NCBI GenBank assembly: GCA_030295235.1
Contig: AP026141.1
Location: forward strand, 434,001-498,000
From: Fistulifera solaris
Lineage: Eukaryota
DNA length: 64,000 nucleotides
Direction: 5' to 3'
Part shown: positions 50,182-60,812 of the stretch, piece after piece
How positions within the stretch are numbered: position 1 is the stretch's first letter
Layout of the letters: each line of letters begins with the position of its first letter
Made by a program: the position numbers and the translations under genes
Notes under the pieces: model-generated
Database searches by the model: none
What the model saw: only the letters and a program-made list of their open reading frames with translations
Told to the model about the DNA's origin: nothing

Positions 50182-50892
50182 ATGTTTTACGCTTCCAGTA
50201 CTTCCTTGATGAGACGGGGAGGAAGTCTGGTGCCGTTAGTTTCCGCTCTTGTTGCAGGGTGCTGCGCCTTTCAATCAGAAAGATCGCGAGTCCGACGCCC
50301 TGCGTATTGTCTTGATAGCTTATCGCACGAGCCAGTTCACGTCCCTTCTTTCTCGACGCCTTCAACTCATGCTATTTACGGGAGCTTGCTGACAGCTCAA
50401 AATGGCATTTTATCGTACAACGTCTTCCGTTTAACAGTGTCACGACCATGGATTAAAAGTTACAGAGACCAATGGCTGACGCAACAAAAGACTGGCAAGG
50501 AAATTGAACCCGATTTACTTCGAGAAATGCCGATACCTTTGGTGGAATCCATTGTACAGTTAGGTACAGCGCTGGATGGTCATGTTGGTACGGTACATGG
50601 GGGTATACTGTCATTGCTGATCGACGATCTTTTGGGATATGCGTTTGAGGCTCTGGGCATCACTTATGCCGTTACTGCAAACCTCTCCATTGACTTTCGA
50701 TCGCCAGTTCCGGCCGGATCAAAGGTCAAGCTCAGGGCCGTACTGACTGGATGGGAAGGCAGGAAGCTGTACTTCAATGTACACCTCACTGACCCCGAGA
50801 CGGACAGGTTGCACTGTGAAGCTGTGTCCTTGTTCATCATCCCTCGAGAAGCACACGAAAAGCTTTTACAAAATGGGTTCATGAAGCTCTAA
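50182..50892 (+). CDS. Hotdog-fold acyl-CoA thioesterase (PaaI/THEM4-like)
   Basis: Motifs LDGHVGTVHGGILSLLIDD, VTANLSIDFRSPVP and EGRKL. Confidence 0.88.
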   Translation: MFYASSTSLMRRGGSLVPLVSALVAGCCAFQSERSRVRRPAYCLDSLSHEPVHVPSFSTPSTHAIYGSLLTAQNGILSYNVFRLTVSRPWIKSYRDQWLTQQKTGKEIEPDLLREMPIPLVESIVQLGTALDGHVGTVHGGILSLLIDDLLGYAFEALGITYAVTANLSIDFRSPVPAGSKVKLRAVLTGWEGRKLYFNVHLTDPETDRLHCEAVSLFIIPREAHEKLLQNGFMKL

Positions 50893-50996
50893 ATTATTTG
50901 AGACAGCGCTTACATTTACGATATCATATGGAAACATCTCCACTGGCTATGGTCGTGTAATGACTCATAGTTCTGGTTTGAGTTGCGTCTCAAGTT

Positions 50997-53189
50997 CTAA
51001 ATGTTGGCGAATCTCTCAATTCGCAGTTTATGAAGCAATTGAATATGCAGGTGTCGGTCTTCATGTTTCGAACGGATCCACGATTTTGTCACTGCGAGGA
51101 GCAATTCCAGTGTTGGACCTTCGCCGATCTTTTGACTATGACAGAGCTGATCCATCTCGAAGAGCAATTCCTCGGCGCGTTCTGGGTCGTTATTAGACGC
51201 CATGCTCATTACGATGCGCGAATAGGTGACAGAGCGTGGGCGAATGCTGCGAAACTTCTGTGAGGAATGGAGGTCCCACATGTGTCGTAGAAGGGCTTCG
51301 GCTCGATGAGGATCTGCGTCGTTTTTGTATGATCCAGTCCAGCTGTTTAAAACAATTTCAAACAACTTTGAATTCGGTTTGGCTTTTGATTTCCACCCAA
51401 ATAATCCTCGCACATCTCTCGCAGAAGCGATTCGGCACGGTCGGGGTTTCCATTCTTGGCCAGAGCACTGATACACGTTGTGTATTTTATCACGTCCGGG
51501 CAAGCAGCTTCATCGCCTTCATTAAACTGCTCTTTCATCCAATACAAACATTTGAGAGCTTGGGAAACACCTTCTGGATGCTTGGAAGACGCCCTAAAGT
51601 AAAGCAAAGGTGTGAGATTATCAAGAGTGTAATAGTATCAGTTTCGGAAAGTACTTACCATGTCTTCAAAAGCAGACAGTATGTATACGGATCGGGCGCA
51701 ATGTTCAAGATTCTTTCTTTGCAGAATTCAAGCATGCGAAGAACTATAGTTTGAGCTTTGTAAGGCGCGATATCCTCCGTCGATTTGGACCACATGGCCA
51801 TGATCGTATTGAAATTGCGAATCTTTGGCTCCGCGAAATTATTTCCCGTGAGAAAGTCATGAACCATTGCCCAGAGTAGTTCTTCTGCGCGATTATTTGT
51901 CGTCGCATTCTTGGTGAAAATGTTGATGACATTTGAGTATAAAATCGCGTCTGGTTGCAAACCGCTCTCACCGGCCATGTATCGGCTCTCCATTTCACGG
52001 AACAAACGATCGGCTCGCTCTGCGGCTTCGTGGCGATTCGATTCCGCCCAGCAATGGAAGGCAACGGTATACGAAAAAGCGTCGGGTTTGCAGTTAGGAA
52101 GAGCGCCGGTGTCCGAGAGTCGATTCATTGTTCCGAGAATCTTCTCACAACGCTCTGGACCGTCTGGCGATTTCGATTTTCGCCAAGCATGTAAGATATT
52201 AGTGTAAATTTTCGCGTTCGGCTCAGCATTTGCGTTGCCCTTCTCGAAATCCTGATGCATAAGCGTCAGGATGTGTTCAGCAGCGTGTGCATCGCCCATT
52301 TCAGCGTAGGCGTGAATGACGGCGTTGAAGCATGCTCCATCGGGACGATACTTGGATCGCTTGTGCTCAAAATCGTCGATCATTTTACGCAGCATTCGTT
52401 CCGACAGCTTTGCTCCGTCAATAGGATTTCCCGTCTTTGCTGCATCTCGGATGGCTCGACCAAAATCAGCAGGCGTTTGAATCTTCTCAGGAAACTGCGA
52501 ATAGACCAAGTTTTCCGTTTCGACATTCGAACCATAATAGTAGCTTTGTACGGGGAGCTTCGGTGGGGGTGGAGGCAAATTTGCACGCACCGCATGAGCA
52601 AACGAAACTGGTTTCTCTCCTTGTGTTGCGACTCCCGTGATCCGAGTGGGGACTGCAGGATGACCAAGAATCGATAGATTAGACCCTTGTAGTGAGTCTG
52701 AAAAAGAGGTAAGCTTTGCTTCGGCGGCAGCTTGTGGGTCAATAGAGCTCCTTGTGTTGCGCTTCCCGTGATCTGAGTGGGGACTGCGGGATGACCAAGA
52801 ACCGATAGATTAGACCCTCCTAGTGTGTCGGAAATAGGAAATGAGCTTTGCTTCGGTGGTAGCTTTTGGGTAAATAGAGTAGGAAGTGAGGAGCGTTCTT
52901 GGGATGCGAAGATGGGCGGGTCCGAAATGCTCTTGCTGAGTACGCTTTGCCAGGCCAAATTCGCTGTATTCTCACTTGGCAGGTCAATACTGGTCGAACG
53001 ATAAGTGAAATTAGTCACGTTTCCCCCAAAGCTGCTTTGAAGAGGAGGCACGTTTTCCTTGTCAGCAGCTGTGGATGCAAATCGAATCGGCTGTCGCTGC
53101 TTCTTGCCTGGCTCATATGCAGGGTCCCATGAGTCCGATTCCGGGACCGGCGGTTGATGGATATTAGTGTTTCGTGGACGGAAAGCCAT
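50997..53189 (-). CDS. Pentatricopeptide repeat (PPR) protein
   Basis: 35-aa repeats (PDGACFNAVIHAYA, PNAKIYTNILHAW, PDAFSYTVAFHCW, PDVIKYTTCISALA). Intron 51658-51594. Frameshifts near 52703 and ~51380. Confidence 0.9.
52619..52878. repeat. Coding tandem repeat, two copies of about 132 bp, in the PPR N-terminus
   Basis: Copies start at 52619 and 52750. Both encode ..KLPPKQS...SD.L.GSNLS.LGHPAVPT.ITG.ATQG. Confidence 0.85.
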
Positions 53190-53524
53190 ATTTTATCAAT
53201 AAAACTGCTTATGCTGCTATTTTATGCTCCATTTGCAAATGCTTCGCGTTTCCAGCATGATGTTGTTGATGATGGAAACGTTTTGTTCTTTCATCTCTCC
53301 TCGTACCAGGGTACGTAGTATCCAAAACCGCAGTCACAGTCGGGTACTTAATAGTTCACTTTGAAGTCGGCGCTATAGGCTCGTGGAGTACCTCAAGCTT
53401 GGCCTCAAATAGTGGTGCGACAAGAAGTGGAAAATTGTCTATGATATCTCGCGTGCAGTGCTAAACCATAGTTTTTAGAAGCGATTATCTTTATGTACCA
53501 CTATTTACAATGTAATTCATCCTC

Positions 53525-54935
53525 TCATTCCACGCGACACACGAGAGGATTGCTCGAAACAATCTGATAAATGGTAGAAGTAAGCACATGGTCCGATTCG
53601 CCATCGCTATCGGCAACTCGAGCGAGGGCTTCCACCCATTGCTGCGACAAGCTGGTTTCGGGAGCCAAATCCCAGTATTGCGCTCGATTGAGTCCTGTTG
53701 AGATACCAATTTGGCATAGCGCTGCAGCGCAAGTTGTGCAAACCTCGTTTTCGAGCAAGTGTTCGACAACGACTGGATCAAAATGAACTTTGGAAATGGA
53801 CAAATTTTTTGAAACAAGATCACGGACTGCATGAAAGAATGCCCGGAGTCCTGCCATCGATGAATCGCAAACATTTTCATCATCATTATAAATTAAAAAT
53901 GAGTATCGACTGTGTCGATGAGACTGAGCTCCCGGATGCAGGGATGGCCGGAAAGTGCTTTCAAAATGCGACACAGACGACCTCCATGTGAGATAGGATC
54001 AAAAGCCATGCGTGTCTTCGTCAGAATCAAGGATTTCAACGACTTGTTTTTCAAAAGTGCCGTTGATAGTCCGGAGACTTCCAGGGGTAACATAGAAGAT
54101 GTTAAATCAAGGCGTTGGACGGATTGATTTGAGTCTAATCCCGAGAGCAGTGACGAAGTATCCTTTTCGTCGTCTCCCATACTACGATGCTCGGCGGCAG
54201 CAAAGACACAAGCAGTAAGTGCCAGCTCCTTCAAAGATGTATTGCGACGAATCGCTTGAGCGCAATAGAGCGCACTACCGGCGCCCCATAGATTGAAATG
54301 ATGAGCGGATAGTCGCTGTAAACGGTCATTAGAAAGCACCGACAGTAAGGCCGACAAGGTCAAAATGGGCCGGCTAAAGTAAGCCGTCGTCGAAGATATG
54401 CTCAAACTTGTAAGATTAGGACAAGCAGAGATGGCTTGAACAAGTTGACTGTAGAAAAGCCAGGAGTCGGCTCTATTCTGCTGCACAAAGTAAATTTCCT
54501 CCAAATCGATCGCGACGATGTTGCATTGATGTTCTGCCGCCTTTTTAGTTTCTCAAAAGGTCTAACTTCTTTATGACCGCCATGGTCTTGCTCCAGTGAT
54601 AAGCCGACACCATGTAGATGCAATTTGTTGAGACTAGGGAAATGCTGGAACACATCGGCTAGCTCGGAAATTGCCAATGCATGTTTTCCCGTATGATCAA
54701 AGAAGCAAGAAAGGGAAAGGCTCGTCAAAGACGGAAAGGCAGTGTATACGCAGGAAAGAACTGGATTCCATGTTACTTTTGAAGCTTCAGGCTCTGTCTG
54801 GTCTTTCTTTTGAATCTCAATGCTGACGGAAGTAACTTGATCGCGGCATAAGGAAGTGTGGAGGAAGCCGCCTTCTTCCACCGAATCGGCCGTCTCGTAG
54901 ACCAAAGACAGATGATTTCCTTCCAGCTGCATCAT
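53525..54935 (-). CDS. RNI-like leucine-rich repeat protein
   Basis: LRRs (PSLTSLSL, PNLTSLSI, NTSLKELAL, NQSVQRLDL, NKSLKSLIL) and a C-terminal LN...W..AL...IYQIVSSNP. Frameshifts near 54505 and 53890. Confidence 0.78.
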
Positions 54936-55465
54936 TCTAGACAGCCACTTCCTTTCTCTTGAGTCAAGTAGAAGGCAAGTAAAGCAAGGCAATCCGACGG
55001 AATATTTGATTTTTGATGGCTGTCGATGAAAGAAAAATGTCGGAACAAAAGAGGAAACAACGAGAAAGGCAACATTGCCCTGTCTTGTGTGACGTCACTG
55101 TATCGTCAAAAGTACAAACGCAGCAGTCGAGAATCACACGTCATCCTTTTCTCCACCACGGAGGCAAATTTCCGCAAGGACGTCATTGCGGCCGCGGTCA
55201 TTGGCGAAAGGGTGATGTCATCCGCTGGTTTTATCAGTCCCGTAAAACTCAGGACTCATGGATCCGTGAATGAAATCGTTCTGATTGAAGGGGGATCTTT
55301 TGGATGGACAACAGACGGCCGCATGTTTCGCCCACGAAAGGAAAAGCATTTTGAGACGAATAATAACAAGCGACAAAAGCATTCTCATCCTATCCAAGGT
55401 ACATAAGAGTCTAATCAGCTATCGGCACGGCTGTAAAGGAGATCATCTCTAGAAATCGAACAAAT

Positions 55466-55945
55466 ATGCGCACAACAATGCACTATTTTTGCTTCACAAT
55501 ACTCGTTGCACTCCTCGCCTGTTTCGGTGTTTCTCCCATTGACGGTTTTTCACTCGCTACAAAGACCATCAACTTACAAAGGCAACAATCACACGGCAAT
55601 GGCCCTATATATATTAAAGGAAATACACGAAAACGGACGTTCTTCCGCTCGTCGGCAGATGATACCGACGACTTGGCGAAATCAACCGAAACTCCCACCG
55701 AAGCATCGGAACCTACAAAAGTGCCCTCTCAAAAGTCCTGGGGTGTTACCAAAACCATTCTCTTGACTGTACCGCTCTTCTTTAAGTTTCTCGTGGTATT
55801 GGTGATCAAATTCATGACCGATTTGGTGGTATTTCCTCTCCTGTTTTCGTATCGAATGTGTCGTAGGGCGAAACGAAAAGTTCTCGGTGTGTTTAGTAAG
55901 ACAAAGAACGACACCAAACTACCCAACGGGGAAACGCGTCCATGA
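55466..55945 (+). CDS. Hypothetical protein with signal peptide and a TM segment, possibly plastid-targeted
   Basis: 159-aa ORF with a hydrophobic leader ending IDG-FS, a basic transit-like stretch, and hydrophobic VPLFFKFLVVLVIKFMTDLVVFPLLF. Confidence 0.7.
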   Translation: MRTTMHYFCFTILVALLACFGVSPIDGFSLATKTINLQRQQSHGNGPIYIKGNTRKRTFFRSSADDTDDLAKSTETPTEASEPTKVPSQKSWGVTKTILLTVPLFFKFLVVLVIKFMTDLVVFPLLFSYRMCRRAKRKVLGVFSKTKNDTKLPNGETRP

Positions 55946-56113
55946 AGTGGATATTTCTATGTTTGTAGGAACGTGTGAATAGTGTCCATGCCCGATGTGT
56001 AAACTAAAAAAGTCATAGACCCTGATTTTTGTGCATCTATTAGTATGATCAAAGTTTGCTGTGGTGTCTCTGCAGAGGCCGAAAGAAAGTATTGTTCTAG
56101 CTAAGCGTAAATG

Positions 56114-57306
56114 TCATTGAATTGGAAATTGCGAATGAAGCCACAGACTAATTCCAGCCAGCAAGCCACCCATCCACTGCTGTAAACTGACTCGTTTTTG
56201 TTCATGCTCCAGTTGATTCTGCAGTGCACCGGAAAGAACCATTCCTAATATTAGAGCAAAACCCTTTTCTACGGCACCCGCGTACTTTGTCACCAGTCCT
56301 ACCAAAATACCTCCCAGGGCGTTCGTCACGACGGGTATCCACGTCCAGAGCGACCAGCCCGTAGTCCAAGTGCTGGAGGATTCTTGGGGTCGTACAAAAG
56401 CAATTCACCCGCCAGCAATCCGATCGAAATGCAGGCCAATTCTACGGAAAACAGCAACGAGTCACGTGTCTGTAACGTGCGCTGTATCAGTGCACCGGCC
56501 AAACCAGAAATGGCGCTCGCGAGAAGAACAGGGATGACTCCCAGCAGATAGTATTCGCGCCGTTGTGCGTTCGTCATTCGGATTCGTTGAATCTCGTCCT
56601 CATTTTCGTGTGTTTGATTTGATGATACGAACCATTTTGTTAGATCCACTTCCATAACAAAGACTGCCAGAAAGAGCAGAGCCAAGGCCCCCATTTGTAC
56701 TTTCGATTGCGACTGTCCTAGTAGTAAGAAACAAAAGATTGCCGCCGACAAGGTCTTGCTCTGATTCAAAACATTGAATGTAATTGGCGAAAGATGTTGA
56801 TACGCCGTCAGACTGAATCGATTTTGTAAAATATAGAGCACTGCCGGAATTCCGACCGTCGTGAAACACACGCGATAGTTCCAACCCCGGGTCGCACCCT
56901 GCCAATTTCCCGTCAAGAGCAAGAGCGATGTCGCCGTCACGAGACGCACTAGCTCTTGTGCCAAGACGTATGTGCTCTTGACAATGGTTTTAGGAGCAAA
57001 TTTCTGTGTCAAAATGGGCTGGGATGCAAATTGCAGGGCCAATAAAAACATGTAGAGATATCCGACTGTCGATGTCGTTGTCGACGTCCAAGCGGAAGCG
57101 ATGCTGGCGGAGTGAGTCGTCTTGCTAAGACGGTCTCGTCTTCTTATGTGTAGCGCATTATGCGTCTGCTGTAATGGTGTTGATATAAACTTTTGAAGTC
57201 GAATAGTATGTCGGCAGGGTGACGAGAATGAGTAAGCAGGGAATGTACTGACGACAACCGCAAGAACAGCTATTCGAAGTAGCCATCCTTTGTGAGTAGT
57301 GCTCAT
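56114..57306 (-). CDS. SLC35A-family nucleotide-sugar transporter (UDP-Gal/CMP-Sia type)
   Basis: Motifs IPAVLYILQN, FNVLNQSKTLSAA, SGLAG and NALGGILVGLVTKYAGAVEKGFA. Frameshift near 56345-56380. Confidence 0.88.
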
Positions 57307-57672
57307 GGGTTTCCGACAAAGTGTCTTTTCAAGAGATAAGTTCTATTAATTGTTGGTTTCAATGATCCATTGATTTTTAGGCAACCTCGCGTCCGGCCGA
57401 TCGAAATGAGTGAAGTATAGAAAAATGTGTGGTGTCAAAAAACGTCATGAGTTTCTTGACAACAACATAAAGCTCTACAGTACCAAGACCACGTATTTAC
57501 CTACTTTCAACTATAGTGTATAGTCTCGTACCGGTACTATCCTTTCTGCCCCGCAAAAGATGTTTCGTTGCGAAGCAGTTAATAGGTTCACAATGGCGGA
57601 TCTTGTCCTATTGATAGATGTTTTTACCTTCTACATTAAAAGGATTTTTGCTTACTTTACTGAAAAGGAAAA

Positions 57673-58554
57673 ATGTCGAAGGCCACAGTTGCTGTTCCAG
57701 CCAAGGAAGCGGCGAATCAACATCCGCAGATCACAATCGATCAGGAAGCGCCGCCGAGCGAGGAGGCGACTACTGTGACAATATCACCCGATCACGCGTC
57801 TCATCGACCCGACAAACGACTCCGTCGTACACCTCGCAATACACAATGTATACGATTTCCCCGAAAACGTCTCTATGTTACCGTCGTCTCAATGAACTCT
57901 TCTTTTCGGCAACACCCGACACGGCTCTTAGCTCGTACAAGAAACCCTGGAGAAAGGTTCACGCAGAACCGAATATTTATGTTCTCGAAAACTTTTTGAC
58001 GACCAAAGAAATTAGCCATTTGATGGATTTTGTCGCCACAAAACGGTTTCAGCGATCCTTTGTGGATGGAGAAAACAACACTTCCAGTATCGATCGATGG
58101 CATCGTACGAGTACATTCTTGTCTTTCGCGAAGCAACACGACAAGACGATTGCTACCATCGAACAGCGTGCTGCGGATCTATTAGGAATACAACCGCGGG
58201 CGCTTGAAGCACTCCAACTTGTTCGCTACGAACAAGGACAGTTCTTTGGAATTCATCATGATCTTGGAATCTACGATGAAGAAGAAGATACCGTCGAACT
58301 ACCCCCAAAACGACATGGAGTCCGCGGCGTTTAGTCACACTTTTTGCTATCTGAATGACTGTTCCGAAGGGGGTGCTACCTATTTCCCGAAAGCGCAGTT
58401 GCGGGTTCAACCGGTAGCAGGAAGTGCGGTCTTGTTTTCGAATGTGCTGTCAGATGGTATGCCCGATGTTCGGACACTGCATGCGGGAGAACCGCCTACT
58501 TCGACTCAGTGTGTCAAGTATGGACTAAACATTTGGTTTTGTGAGGAATTCTGA
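57673..58554 (+). CDS. Prolyl 4-hydroxylase-like 2OG-Fe(II) oxygenase
   Basis: PNIYVLENFL, RTS, EALQLVRY, HxD (HHD), YLND..EGGATYFP, RTLHAGEP and KYGLNIW. Frameshifts near 57850 and 58310. Confidence 0.85.
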
Positions 58555-59144
58555 GGCTTGGATCAAGGCGATCCAAGATGAATCGATTTTATTGTTTTGG
58601 TGATGATTCACTTGTCACTTGTCCGTTGAACCTTAAGCCCCTCTGGCTTGGTAAAGACGGATACTATAAACCGTCTGACATACACAGTCAGACACCTTCG
58701 ATTACGGGTCCCATTGTTTGCCGCGTGATGCGATGAAGCGTTATGAGGGTTCGTCTGGGATACGAGAACTTGCCGCCCGACTCGTTTCGAACGAAATTGC
58801 ACAAAAAGGGACTTCGGAAGGTCACTTTCCGAGTCCCGTTGGGGAAAACTTTGTAGATGGAAGAACCGGACTTTGATTATTGGGGCAAATGTCGAGTCAA
58901 AGTACAAAAATCCGAAAAGGTGAACATCGACCATGGCACTCGCCATCATCATGTCCGCTTGGACTAACTCGGATAATTGGGTTGCACCGGATTTCAATAG
59001 TGAAGCAAATCCGCGTTCGAACGTAAAACGCCGGGGTCGGAGACTCCAAGCGAAGCAAAATGTTTGTTGAATTAAATTTGGTCATAAAAAGCAACATCCG
59101 CTGCGGTGAACACGAAACTAGTTTGAGCCTTGTCGACGTTCAAC

Positions 59145-60522
59145 ATGAGACGATTTCCAGCTAATTTCAGATGGGGAACAGCCACTGCGGCTTATCAAAT
59201 TGAAGGCGCGACTCGTATCGATGGTCGTGGACCGAGCATTTGGGATGCCTTTTCTCAAATTCCCGGTAAAATTCATGGGGGGCACACAGGAGACATCGCG
59301 TGCGATCATTATCGCCGCTTCAAGGAGGACGTTGGTCTTCTTAAATCAATGGGTGTCAAGTGCTACCGATTCTCTATTGCCTGGCCTCGCATTTTGCCCC
59401 AAGGACGAGGGGATGTCAACGAGAAAGGAGTGGCATTTTACAATGAACTCATTGATTGTCTCATTGAGAATGACATTGAGCCTTGGGTTACTATCTACCA
59501 TTGGGACTTGCCCCTCGCGTTGCAGATTGAGATGGATGGGCTATTGAATCCTGACATTGCCAAATGCTTTGCAGATTATGCTCGCGTTTGCTTTGAACGT
59601 TTTGGAGATCGTGTTCGTCACTGGATTACCTTGAACGAACCGTGGTGCAGTGCCGTGTTGGGACATGGCAACGGGTATTTCGCTCCCGGTCGCGTGTCTG
59701 AGACAGAACCGTTCCTTGCTGCTCACAATCTTCTGCGCGCCCATGCTTACATAGTTGACGTCTATCGCCGCGAGTTTCAAGAAAGTCAACGAGGTGTGAT
59801 CGGCATCACAAACAATTCTGATTGGCATGAGCCCCTCACAGACTCTGCGGAAGACCGCAGATCGTGCTTTGGAGTTTTCTCTTGGATGGTTTGCAGATCC
59901 AGTCTACTTTGGTGACTATCCGTCGAGTATGCGCGACCGGCTTGGGTCTACTCTACCGCAGTTCAGCGAAGAAGACCAAAAACTTTTGAAAGGATCGTCT
60001 GATTTTTTCGGTCTCAATCACTATAACACTAACATGTCTGCGGCGGAGAGAAGCATCGATTCTATGTTGCAAGACTTGTACAATAATGAGGGCGATCATG
60101 TCGATCTGTTGCGCGATCCTTCGTGGAAACAAACTGATATGGGCTGGAATATTGTGCCGTGGGGAATCCGAAAATTGCTCGAATGGATCGACAGACGTTA
60201 TGACCATCCGCCCATCTACATTACAGAAAATGGCTGCGCTTTGCCTGGAGAAGATGTTCGTGAAGTGGCTTTAAACGACGTTGGTAGACTGGAATTTTTC
60301 AAAGGGTACCTTGGTGCCTGCCACGAGGCTATTGAGAACGGAGTCGATTTGCGTGGATATATGTGCTGGAGCATGATGGATAATTTGGAATGGTCGCATG
60401 GCTACAGTAAGCGCTTTGGCCTGACGTGGGTAGATTTTAAAACTGGTGAACGTCATCCTAAAGCGTCTTTTCGGTGGTACTCAACCGTCTGCGCGGAAAA
60501 CGCAATGCGCCCAGTTGAGTGA
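59145..60522 (+). CDS. Glycoside hydrolase family 1 beta-glucosidase
   Basis: FRWGTATAAYQIEG, YRFSIAWPRI, acid/base TLNEP, nucleophile ITENG and WSMMDNLEW. Intronless. Frameshift near 59850. Confidence 0.95.
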
Positions 60523-60812
60523 GCCTTTGAAGCTGAACATTAACTAACCACGCATAGAGGAATATGCAGATTAAAAAGATGAGAAACTTTGACTTTACGT
60601 AGAATGTTAGCGTTTAACTAGCAGCAATTCAGCGAATACGCTTCGACTTAATCAACAATTTGTTTTCCCGACTCTGAGTGCTTGCGTGAAACTATAGACT
60701 CATCTATTCTTACTCCGCATTTTGCGGTTGAACCGTTGCAGACAAAGTACATGTCGGTTTATCGGCAGCGAGAAATTACAGAGGTAACTGCTTCTCGGGG
60801 CTATTAATTCAC

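Noticed and set aside
58608..59097. Short ORFs between the P4H-like and GH1 genes
   Set aside because: No motifs or consistent splice structure support a gene.
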